Of a DNA stretch of 48,727 nucleotides, positions 36,715-44,229 are shown piece after piece. Position 1 is the first letter of the stretch; the number at the start of each line of letters is the position of its first letter. Origin of the DNA: a virus (lineage: Duplodnaviria; Caudoviricetes). The notes below the pieces were generated by a model, which searched no databases, had not been told where the DNA came from, and saw only the letters and a program-made list of their open reading frames with translations. The translations under genes and the position numbers were made by a program. The stretch is taken from IMG/VR virus record IMGVR_UViG_3300032272_000021, positions 1 through 48,727 of that record; one strand, 5' to 3'.

Positions 36715-37660
36715 TGTAAATTATCTATTACCACAAGGTATGAACAGCCTATTACAGATGGGCGGATACATATCCCCTCGTGGTCTGTCTACCTTGGAGT
36801 ATCCGGGTCAGGTTGTTAGTATTTATGAAAGACCTACCGAACGTGTGTTGTTTGACCCTGTTCGTGATGCTAACCCATTCTTCCATTTTATGGAAGGTCT
36901 GTGGATTATAGGTGGTCGTCAGGATGTTGAATTTGTTAGTGAGTTCAACAGTCGTATAAAAGATTATAGTGACGACGGAGTAAAATTTCATGGAGCTTAT
37001 GGTCACCGACTAAGAAACAAGTTTGACCAAGTTGGTAAAGCGATTGAGATGCTAAGAAAAGACCCAGACACTCGCCGTGTTGTACTGCAAATATGGGATG
37101 CAAAAAGAGATCTTGGCGCAGATGTAAAAGATGTGCCTTGCAACGATTTGATTATACTTAAAGTAAGAGAATGTGCTTTGCACATGACGGTGTGTTGTAG
37201 GAGCAACGATGCGATCTGGGGGTGCTATGGTGCGAATGTTGTACACTTCAGCATGTTGCAAGAATACATGGCAAGTATGATCGGTGTTAATGTTGGCGAG
37301 TATGTCCAAATAAGTGATAGCTTCCATGTTTACAACGATAACCCTTATTGGAAAAAAGTAAAAGAGAATATAGGGTTAGTCGGTGAACTCGAAGAAGACC
37401 CCTATTCGTCAAGAATTGTTTCTCCTTGGCCTATGGTACAAGACCCAGAAACATGGGACAGGGAATTGTATTGTTTCTTGAATCAACATACTTGCAACTA
37501 CAAAAATTCATTTTTCACTCAAGTCGCTATTCCGATACACTTAGCTTGGATGTCTCACAAACATGACAATTCAGGTCATTTATTTGTTTCCGACATAGCG
37601 GCTAGTGATTGGCGAATGGCCTGTCATGAATGGTTAGAAAGAAGAGGTGACCATGTATAA
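36692..37660 (+). CDS. Thymidylate synthase-fold dUMP hydroxymethylase-like enzyme
   Basis: ANPFF...E.LW, GAYG.R, TRR.V..IW, catalytic PCN, RSND.IWG...N (Asn implies dUMP specificity), SFHVY. Confidence 0.88.
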   Translation: MKVLTGRNVNYLLPQGMNSLLQMGGYISPRGLSTLEYPGQVVSIYERPTERVLFDPVRDANPFFHFMEGLWIIGGRQDVEFVSEFNSRIKDYSDDGVKFHGAYGHRLRNKFDQVGKAIEMLRKDPDTRRVVLQIWDAKRDLGADVKDVPCNDLIILKVRECALHMTVCCRSNDAIWGCYGANVVHFSMLQEYMASMIGVNVGEYVQISDSFHVYNDNPYWKKVKENIGLVGELEEDPYSSRIVSPWPMVQDPETWDRELYCFLNQHTCNYKNSFFTQVAIPIHLAWMSHKHDNSGHLFVSDIAASDWRMACHEWLERRGDHV

Positions 37661-38174
37661 AGAAAGCGTCTACAACCTTATACAGCGCAATGGTCGTGTA
37701 AAACGATTTCATACAAGCACTACGCTTGGCTCAGAGACAATCGCAGAACACAGTTGGGGTGTTGCTATGCTGTGTATTGCTCTCACCGATAATAGATGCA
37801 GTGTAAGGCTTCTTTCAAAAGCACTATTTCACGATTTACCAGAACAGGAGACAGGTGATCTACCTGCGCCTGTAAAGTGGGAGCATCCAATTCTTCGTAC
37901 TGCGCTTGGTGCTATTGAAGATGTCTTTGAGTTAAAGCACGAGACATATACAGTGCTTAACGAAGAAGAACAATTTATATTTAAAGTAGCCGACATGCTT
38001 CATTTACTTACCACAGTACACCACGAGTACATGCTGGGGAATATGACCATGAACGAATTGTGGGAGAACGGTAACGATTACCTTGAGGACTTGGACAATT
38101 CCACAGAAGAGGGTATCCCACAGTTAGCGAAAGACATTATTAAACAGATGTATGAAGAGCGAGGTGCGGTATGA
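37654..38174 (+). CDS. HD-domain deoxynucleotidase (YfbR-like)
   Basis: VKRFH...ETIAEHSW, LFHDLPE..TGDLPAPVK, KVAD. Confidence 0.88.
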
Positions 38175-38557
38175 GCGAAGCAAATAAAAGACAAGTAGCT
38201 GGTGATCACTATTCAGGCGAACTCCAACATTGGGATATTGTTGTAGCAAGAGATTGGGATTATTTTCAAGCACAGATCACTCGCTACCTTGACCGTTGGA
38301 AAAAGAAGAATGGTATCGAAGATCTCCGTAAGGCACAGCATTATCTTGACAAATATATTGAACTGGCTGAGCAAGATGATAAAAAACTCCACGTAGGAAT
38401 TGGTTGTTCAGTGCCAAAAACTGAGCCACCGAATAAAGAGTGTAACTGTCGTATGTGCAAGCACGAACGAAATGAAGCCGAGGATGTTGACGAGTGCAAG
38501 CATACATCCTATTGTACCTGTAAGGAGTGTTGTGATCAGGCCAAACGGGACGGCTAG
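38171..38557 (+). CDS. DUF3310 / T7 gp1.7-like putative nucleotide kinase with Cys-rich tail
   Basis: QVAGDHY...RY..R...KNG.EDLRKAQHYL. Confidence 0.75.
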   Translation: MSEANKRQVAGDHYSGELQHWDIVVARDWDYFQAQITRYLDRWKKKNGIEDLRKAQHYLDKYIELAEQDDKKLHVGIGCSVPKTEPPNKECNCRMCKHERNEAEDVDECKHTSYCTCKECCDQAKRDG

Positions 38558-38582
38558 TCCCACAACAGAACTGGAGGTTATC

Positions 38583-38942
38583 ATGGAAAACTTACACTAC
38601 GGATTAGAATTAGTACCTGAGAGACTGGATACTTTAACAGAGCCACGTCTACGTGCTATGGTCGCAGAGTGTGAAGGAATGATTGAGGACTACGTGCGTG
38701 GTTATCAGCGGAATGGCTGTGGTATATGTCACGGAACATTCAAGTGTTATTTTGATCCTGGAAGCAGCCGAGTTGACGAACACTGTGTTTGGGCTATGAT
38801 GCACAGAGGTACGAGCAAGTCAAAGGAAACGTGTATTCCTTTTAAGCGTACAATGGAGGGTGGTTGTAAGAACCTGCGAGTCCAGCAACTTGTCAAGTGG
38901 ATTGAACAGATTAACGAAGCGTTAGAAAGAAGAGGAGCATGA
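38583..38942 (+). CDS. Cys-rich hypothetical protein
   Basis: SD GGAGG preceded by AGAACT. Confidence 0.7.
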   Translation: MENLHYGLELVPERLDTLTEPRLRAMVAECEGMIEDYVRGYQRNGCGICHGTFKCYFDPGSSRVDEHCVWAMMHRGTSKSKETCIPFKRTMEGGCKNLRVQQLVKWIEQINEALERRGA

Positions 38943-38945
38943 GCT

Positions 38946-39248
38946 ATGCGGTCATTGGCGGTACTAATAGTGTTGATGATTGGCGTGAGTAGCTGTGGCT
39001 CAGAAGACGCTGTGTTTGTTGATAATGTGAACTTTTACGAGATACCACGTTGGGAGATTGTTGAAAGGACAGACAATCCTAATGTTCAGGGAGTCACATA
39101 TTGGGATAATGAGACGTGTATAATATATGTCATGGCTCCAGAAGAATACAGGTCACGTGATCAATTCTTAGCAGTAGTTGGTCATGAGATGTATTGTCAC
39201 TGTGTCCTTGGTTTAGAACACCCAACAGGAGTAGAAGTTTGCGAATAA
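38946..39248 (+). CDS. Predicted lipoprotein with zincin-like HE motif
   Basis: Signal peptide and lipobox VSSC; VVGHEMYCHCVLGLEH. Confidence 0.65.
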   Translation: MRSLAVLIVLMIGVSSCGSEDAVFVDNVNFYEIPRWEIVERTDNPNVQGVTYWDNETCIIYVMAPEEYRSRDQFLAVVGHEMYCHCVLGLEHPTGVEVCE

Positions 39249-39252
39249 CAAT

Positions 39253-39367
39253 TTGCTCCCTATCAGGTCAGAGATGGTCTCTGAGTGCCATTAAATTCTG
39301 TCTAAGAAATTAATGATGGAATTGGTCATAGACCTTGTGCGAGAATCCTGTGTGGCACGGGGAGCAA
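39253..39367 (+). ncRNA. Candidate structured RNA element (unassigned)
   Basis: Closing stem TTGCTCCC/GGGAGCAA, inner GTGCCA/TGGCAC, hairpins TCAGAGA/TCTCTGA and GGTC/GACC. Confidence 0.4.
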
Positions 39368-39383
39368 TATAAGGAGTAAGCTG

Positions 39384-39794
39384 ATGAACGAGATAGAGAA
39401 GATAAGGAAAGCAGTCTATAAAGAACAAATGGATAACAATGAGGTTGAAACCCTACTCGCCCATATCGATACCCTTGAGCAGACTGTCAAGCGACATGAA
39501 AAAACAATTTATGATTTATCTGCTGAAGTTAGAGAGCTTGAACAGAAAATAGAAAGAAGGAACTCCAGAATCGACAATCTCATACAGAAGGTGAAGGAGT
39601 TGAAAGATGGAAAGGGTTTGTTGCACTCACACAATACTATTCGTAATGCAACAAGAGAAGAGGATGCGAAGGTGGCAGAGGACAATCAAGTAGGGGCGAA
39701 TAAAAATGATGATTACACAGATCGTCTACACGATGCTTGTTGTAGAGATATTGCCGCCGCTATCCGCAAACTAAAGGAGCAATCCAATGAGTGA
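39384..39794 (+). CDS. Coiled-coil accessory protein, paralog A
   Basis: SD; shares exact DNA blocks with 39787-40170. Confidence 0.8.
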   Translation: MNEIEKIRKAVYKEQMDNNEVETLLAHIDTLEQTVKRHEKTIYDLSAEVRELEQKIERRNSRIDNLIQKVKELKDGKGLLHSHNTIRNATREEDAKVAEDNQVGANKNDDYTDRLHDACCRDIAAAIRKLKEQSNE

Positions 39795-40170
39795 GATAGA
39801 GAAGATAAGGGAAAAGGTTAATGCTTCTGTTTGGGCTTTGTCTGGGCAAGAAATATTATTTCTTATAGATTATATTGACACCCTTGAGCAGAAGGTGAAG
39901 GAGTTGAAAGGACGAAACAAGCGCCTTCACGATGAAGTTAAGAAATGGGAATTATTAACGAAGGAGTTGGAAGCGAGCATCTGTGACCGTGACACAGAAA
40001 TATTAAACGCTTGTGACTTGGCAATAGCGGCGACAAGAGAAGAGGATGCGAAGGTTGGTGATGAAATATCAAGCAATGCTATTGATGAAGCAGACGACTA
40101 TGATAGGGGATGGCGAGCAGGTGCAAAAAGTGTCTCTGCGAATATACGCAAACTAAAGGAACAAGCGTGA
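39787..40170 (+). CDS. Coiled-coil accessory protein, paralog B
   Basis: SD; EIEKIR, DTLEQ, KVKELK, ATREEDAKV and IRKLKEQ shared with paralog A. Confidence 0.8.
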   Translation: MSEIEKIREKVNASVWALSGQEILFLIDYIDTLEQKVKELKGRNKRLHDEVKKWELLTKELEASICDRDTEILNACDLAIAATREEDAKVGDEISSNAIDEADDYDRGWRAGAKSVSANIRKLKEQA

Positions 40171-40367
40171 TGAAATCATTTTGTTTACATGATTGGCCTA
40201 AGTGGGGATTGCCAGTTGACACACATACAGGCTTTGAAAAAAGACAGTTTCGTTTTTGTAAGAAATGCAACGCTATGGCATATCGAACAGTCAGGTTTAA
40301 TGCTGGCATAAATGCCGCTAATATTGTTTCTTCAGTCCAAATAAAGGAGCAATCCAATGACACCTGA
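40170..40367 (+). CDS. Small Zn-binding protein (CxHxW...CxxC, DUF1660-like)
   Basis: TGATG coupling; motif. Confidence 0.65.
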   Translation: MKSFCLHDWPKWGLPVDTHTGFEKRQFRFCKKCNAMAYRTVRFNAGINAANIVSSVQIKEQSNDT

Positions 40368-40482
40368 AACGAATTTATTATTCCTTCTTGCCAATCTCTT
40401 TGTGTTTGCGCTCAATCTGAAACTATACACAGAGATATTAAAAGACAAGTCACAGGATAAGAGAAGCAACCATGACACCTGA
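40357..40482 (+). CDS. 41-aa membrane peptide (absent from the ORF track)
   Basis: SD AAGGAG; MTPETNLLFLLANLFVFALNLKLY... Confidence 0.55.
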   Translation: MTPETNLLFLLANLFVFALNLKLYTEILKDKSQDKRSNHDT

Positions 40483-40810
40483 ACAAAAGAAATGGCGGCA
40501 TATAGTCGAAGCGGCAGGTGATAAGTGGCATGAAAACCAAACCACGAGAGACCATTATTGTCACTGTGGCGCACCGTCATGGAGAGAGACTGTAGCGCCT
40601 AACCCGCCCATCACCCTCGACAAGTTGTTTGAGTATGCGGAGAAGTTGGGATTTGTAAGGGTAATTATTGACAAGGTGAAAGATGGTTATCTTGCCAATA
40701 TAGGTAATGGTTCTTTTGATATTTCTGGATACGCTGTTGAATTTGGTGAAACAAGACAACTCGCCCTGCTCAACGCACTGGCAGAAGCAACCGGATATAA
40801 GGAGGAATAA
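40472..40810 (+). CDS. Hypothetical protein (possibly NinX/ABA-sandwich-like)
   Basis: 11-nt start/stop overlap; C-terminal GET..LALL.AL pattern. Confidence 0.65.
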   Translation: MTPEQKKWRHIVEAAGDKWHENQTTRDHYCHCGAPSWRETVAPNPPITLDKLFEYAEKLGFVRVIIDKVKDGYLANIGNGSFDISGYAVEFGETRQLALLNALAEATGYKEE

Positions 40811-40811
40811 G

Positions 40812-40994
40812 ATGCCACTCAAAAAATTAGCCTGTGTAGTTGGAATGCACCACCTTAGAACTGTAGGAGAATATTATAGCGAAGAAAGGGTAGAATCACT
40901 CCCAGTTCAAAAGTGCATAGTGTGCGAAAGGTTATTTCTACATGATACAAGAAGACCTAATACCAAAGGACGAACTGCATCCGGTAAAAACTGA
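40812..40994 (+). CDS. Small Zn-binding protein (C..G.H...CxxC)
   Basis: SD AAGGAGG; motif. Confidence 0.6.
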   Translation: MPLKKLACVVGMHHLRTVGEYYSEERVESLPVQKCIVCERLFLHDTRRPNTKGRTASGKN

Positions 40995-42894
40995 TTGGAC
41001 ACCACCGGATAGTTTTCCTGATTTGTCATCTGCAAAAGTAATTGCGATTGACCTTGAGACATTTGACCCAGATCTGAAAGAAAAAGGTTGCGGAAGCCGT
41101 CGTGATGGTTACATAGCTGGAGTTGCTGTGGGAACCGACGACGGTTTTCGTGGTTACTTCCCAGTCGCTCATAAACTTGGTGGTAACATGGACAAGGGTA
41201 TGGTCATGCGCTGGTTAAAGGAAGAACTCAGCAGACCACATCAAACAAAAATCGGTGCGAATATACTGTACGACCTAGAATACCTTGCAGTAGAAGGAGT
41301 TGAAGTAGCAGGGGAAATATTTGATGTACAATACGCCGAACCATTACTTGACGAAAACAAATTCAGCTACAGCCTAGACAACATAGCAAAAGAGCATCTT
41401 GGTGAGAGTAAGGTTTCCCAGCGTTTAAAGGACTGGCTCACTATGGCATACGGTAAAGATGGAATGGCTTTTATTGCCTATGCTCCTGTTGGATTGGTTG
41501 GTCCATACGCAGAAGGTGACGTTGACTTGCCTTTGCGGATATGGGAAGTACAGGAAAAACTGTTAAAAGAGCAAAACCTTTATGAGTTGTTTAAAATGGA
41601 GTGCAGTTTACTGCCTGTATTGCTCTCGATGCGTTTGCAAGGGGTAAGGGTAGCAGTAGGCCGTGCGGAGCGCATACGGGCGGCACTGGTGCTCGAAACA
41701 ACCAAACTGAATAAGCAGTTACAGGCCATTACAGGCACACGCTATCAAGTTAATGTGAACAGCGGTGACGAACTCGGTAAGGTGTTTGACAAGATTGGTA
41801 TTAAATATCCGATAACCCCAAAGACAAAGAAGCCAAGTATTCGTAAGGAATGGCTTGAAAGTCTTTCTGGTAAACACCCAATCATTGATGTTATCCTTAA
41901 GATCCGTAAATACAACACAATTATCAGTACGTTCCTTGATGGTTATATATTGGGAATGAACATCAACGGCAGAATATATGGTAACTTCCACCCATTACGT
42001 AGTGAAGATGGTGGTACTGTGTCGGGTCGGTTCAGTAGTAGCTTACCAAACCTACAGAACATACCTATGCGAGACGGTACATTGATAACAGTGGATGGAG
42101 AACCAATGCCACTAGGCAAAGCGATACGAAGTTGCTTTATACCTGAAGACGATTGCCTATGGTATAAAGACGACTATAGCCAAATAGAATACAGACTCAT
42201 GACACATTACGGCACAGGCGAAGCCGCTGAAAAAGCGAGAAGTGCTTATGTCACTGACCCTGACACAGACTTTCACCAGCTTGTAGCCGATATGTGCGGC
42301 ATTGAAAGATCCCCAGCTAAGAACATCAATTTTGGTTTGGCCTATAACATGGGTGCAGACAAACTTGCGGAGAGTTTAGGGCTTAATATCGAAGCCGCAG
42401 AAGCACTCTTTGCCAAGTACCATGCTAACGCACCCTTTGTTAAAACTCTTCAAGAGGACGTAGCTAATAGGGCAAAAGATAGGGGATACATAAAGACTTT
42501 ATTGAACCGCCGTGCTAGGTTCCCATTCTGGGAGTCTACCGATTGGGACACAGCCAAGGCATATGCTCCTGTAACTGATAGAAGCCAAGCAGTTAAGAAG
42601 TGGGGTGCTGTTCGCAGAGCTTATACATATAAGGCAAGCAACAGATTGATTCAGGGTAGTGCCGCCGACATACTTAAAAAGGCAATGAGTGATATAGGCA
42701 AATCAGGTGTACTTGATCATATCCAACTACACTTAACAGTACATGACGAACTGGATTGGTCTGTGGGTAAAGACCGCATATCAATGGAAGCACATACAGA
42801 GGCTTTACATATTATGGAAAATTGCGTTAAACTAAAGATACCACTTGTCTGTGACAGCGAGTCCGGACCATCATGGGGAGAGGTGACAAAATGA
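40942..42894 (+). CDS. DNA polymerase family A with 3'-5' exonuclease
   Basis: ExoI IDLET, SGRFSSS.PNLQNIP, motif A DYSQIEYR, motif B AKNINFGLAY, motif C VHDEL. Confidence 0.97.
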   Translation: MIQEDLIPKDELHPVKTDWTPPDSFPDLSSAKVIAIDLETFDPDLKEKGCGSRRDGYIAGVAVGTDDGFRGYFPVAHKLGGNMDKGMVMRWLKEELSRPHQTKIGANILYDLEYLAVEGVEVAGEIFDVQYAEPLLDENKFSYSLDNIAKEHLGESKVSQRLKDWLTMAYGKDGMAFIAYAPVGLVGPYAEGDVDLPLRIWEVQEKLLKEQNLYELFKMECSLLPVLLSMRLQGVRVAVGRAERIRAALVLETTKLNKQLQAITGTRYQVNVNSGDELGKVFDKIGIKYPITPKTKKPSIRKEWLESLSGKHPIIDVILKIRKYNTIISTFLDGYILGMNINGRIYGNFHPLRSEDGGTVSGRFSSSLPNLQNIPMRDGTLITVDGEPMPLGKAIRSCFIPEDDCLWYKDDYSQIEYRLMTHYGTGEAAEKARSAYVTDPDTDFHQLVADMCGIERSPAKNINFGLAYNMGADKLAESLGLNIEAAEALFAKYHANAPFVKTLQEDVANRAKDRGYIKTLLNRRARFPFWESTDWDTAKAYAPVTDRSQAVKKWGAVRRAYTYKASNRLIQGSAADILKKAMSDIGKSGVLDHIQLHLTVHDELDWSVGKDRISMEAHTEALHIMENCVKLKIPLVCDSESGPSWGEVTK

Positions 42895-43130
42895 CATATC
42901 CAACAAGTTTAGTTGAATGTAAGAACTGTGGTGGTTGGTTTCCTTATCCAGGTCACCATTATTGTGTTGGTAGATACTCTGGTGTTGGTGACGTGTATAG
43001 TGCAAAAGAGCCAAGTGATTGTATGCACGATAACTGTCCTACCTGTAACGGAACAGGTATTCGACAAGATGGATTAAGCGTGTGTATTCACAATATTTCT
43101 TGTCCATGTCCAAAGTGTACAACAAGATAG
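42891..43130 (+). CDS. Cys/His-rich hypothetical protein
   Basis: ATGA overlap; multiple CxxC. Confidence 0.65.
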   Translation: MTYPTSLVECKNCGGWFPYPGHHYCVGRYSGVGDVYSAKEPSDCMHDNCPTCNGTGIRQDGLSVCIHNISCPCPKCTTR

Positions 43131-43139
43131 GAGACTAAA

Positions 43140-43517
43140 ATGAATATATGGAAAAGAGCAAAAGCAGTAGAGTGTCCGCTGTGTCACGAGCCAGCAGGTA
43201 GAGATTGTGTATCAGCAAAAGATGGGAGTCCAATGACGACTCTACACAATGAACGGTTGAGAGCGGCGAGTCGTGGCAAAAAGCAGGTTGAATGGTTTAG
43301 GGAACAAATGTTACAGAAACTACAGGAGAACTCCCATAAGTCTGGGTGGAAAGACATACCGCTATGTGATTTGTTAAGTCTACTTAGAATGGAAGTGCTT
43401 GAGCTTGAGGAGGAGTTATCACGTGAAGAGATTAATGCTAACGCTCTTATACGAGAGTGTGCTGACGTTGCGAACTTTGCAATGATGATAGCAGACATAG
43501 CGAGCGAACAGTTATGA
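43140..43517 (+). CDS. Zn-finger fused to MazG-like dNTP pyrophosphohydrolase domain
   Basis: CPxC....G..C....H..R followed by ExxE...ECADVANFAMM. Confidence 0.65.
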   Translation: MNIWKRAKAVECPLCHEPAGRDCVSAKDGSPMTTLHNERLRAASRGKKQVEWFREQMLQKLQENSHKSGWKDIPLCDLLSLLRMEVLELEEELSREEINANALIRECADVANFAMMIADIASEQL

Positions 43518-43933
43518 ATGAATCAGAGTTTTGGCAATTCCTAAAAGATAAGATGAAGCAATACTGGACTGCCGATCGCATTGAGGACATGCTCAAAGCT
43601 GGGATTCCAGATGTTAGTTATGCCGTACCAAACCACCAAGGGTGGATTGAGTTAAAGTATATGAAGGAGTTCCCCAAAAAGAACACCACCAAGGTTCGCA
43701 TATATCATTGGACTCCTATACAGAAAGCATGGATGCGGAAGCGTGGTAGGGTCAATCCTAATGTGTGGCTGTTGGTTATGGTTGATGAGGAAATATTCCT
43801 GTTCAGCTATAAGCAATTAATCTTTATTGAGGAGTGGACAGCCGCCGAGTGGCGAGCTAAAGCCGCTGGATACTGGTATAAGGGTGCTTTTGATGCAATG
43901 CAGGCATTCCAGACGCTTAACACAGGGGTCTAA
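43514..43933 (+). CDS. PD-(D/E)xK nuclease (VRR-NUC/Holliday resolvase-like)
   Basis: MNES.F, GIPD...WIELK, Q..W. Confidence 0.85.
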   Translation: MNESEFWQFLKDKMKQYWTADRIEDMLKAGIPDVSYAVPNHQGWIELKYMKEFPKKNTTKVRIYHWTPIQKAWMRKRGRVNPNVWLLVMVDEEIFLFSYKQLIFIEEWTAAEWRAKAAGYWYKGAFDAMQAFQTLNTGV

Positions 43934-43995
43934 ACGGTTATGGGGTAGGGTAAGGTATAGGCCAAAACTGTTCGGAGCCTTCAGAGGCAAATACT

Positions 43996-44028
43996 AAAGC
44001 CCTATAGCTATCAACTATAGGGCTTTTT
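43996..44028 (+). terminator. Terminator of the + strand arm
   Basis: AAAGCCCUAUAG-7nt-CUAUAGGGCUUUUU. Confidence 0.85.
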
Positions 44029-44055
44029 ACTGTGTACAGGCAAACAGGCTACAAT

Positions 44056-44086
44056 AAAAAAGCGGGAGGCAATAACGCCTCCCGCT
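44056..44086 (-). terminator. Terminator of the minus-strand arm
   Basis: AGCGGGAGGC/GCCTCCCGCT stem with A-tract on the + strand. Confidence 0.85.
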
Positions 44087-44091
44087 ACGGG

Positions 44092-44229
44092 TTAGAACTT
44101 ACTGGACAGGTTCTTGTAAAGGTGGTATGGAAAGCTGAGAATTGCGACGACCACAAACAATACAAGATAACATAATCCCAAAAGCACTATTCCCCACCCC
44201 AGTACATCACCTTCATGGTGATTAGTCAT
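44092..44229 (-). CDS. 45-aa single-TM peptide coupled to the AAA ATPase gene
   Basis: ATGACTAA overlap; MTNHHEGDVLGWGIVLLGLCYLVLFVVVAILSFPYHLYKNLSSKF*. Confidence 0.5.
   Translation of the reverse strand: MTNHHEGDVLGWGIVLLGLCYLVLFVVVAILSFPYHLYKNLSSKF

Noticed and set aside
36692-37660. dCMP hydroxymethylase (T4-like glucosyl-hmC pathway)
   Set aside because: The specificity residue after RSND is Asn rather than Asp, and the neighbouring gene belongs to an hmdU-associated family
39253-39367. tRNA or known ribozyme
   Set aside because: No TTCRA T-loop, cloverleaf or hammerhead core; kept only as an unassigned structured candidate
39384-40482. CRISPR-like array from recurring 13-23 nt blocks
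   Set aside because: Blocks are different sequences, each present twice, in coding frame and irregularly spaced
44094-44104. AGAACTTACTG as another leader box
   Set aside because: Lies antisense in the end of a minus-strand ORF, with no promoter or + gene downstream
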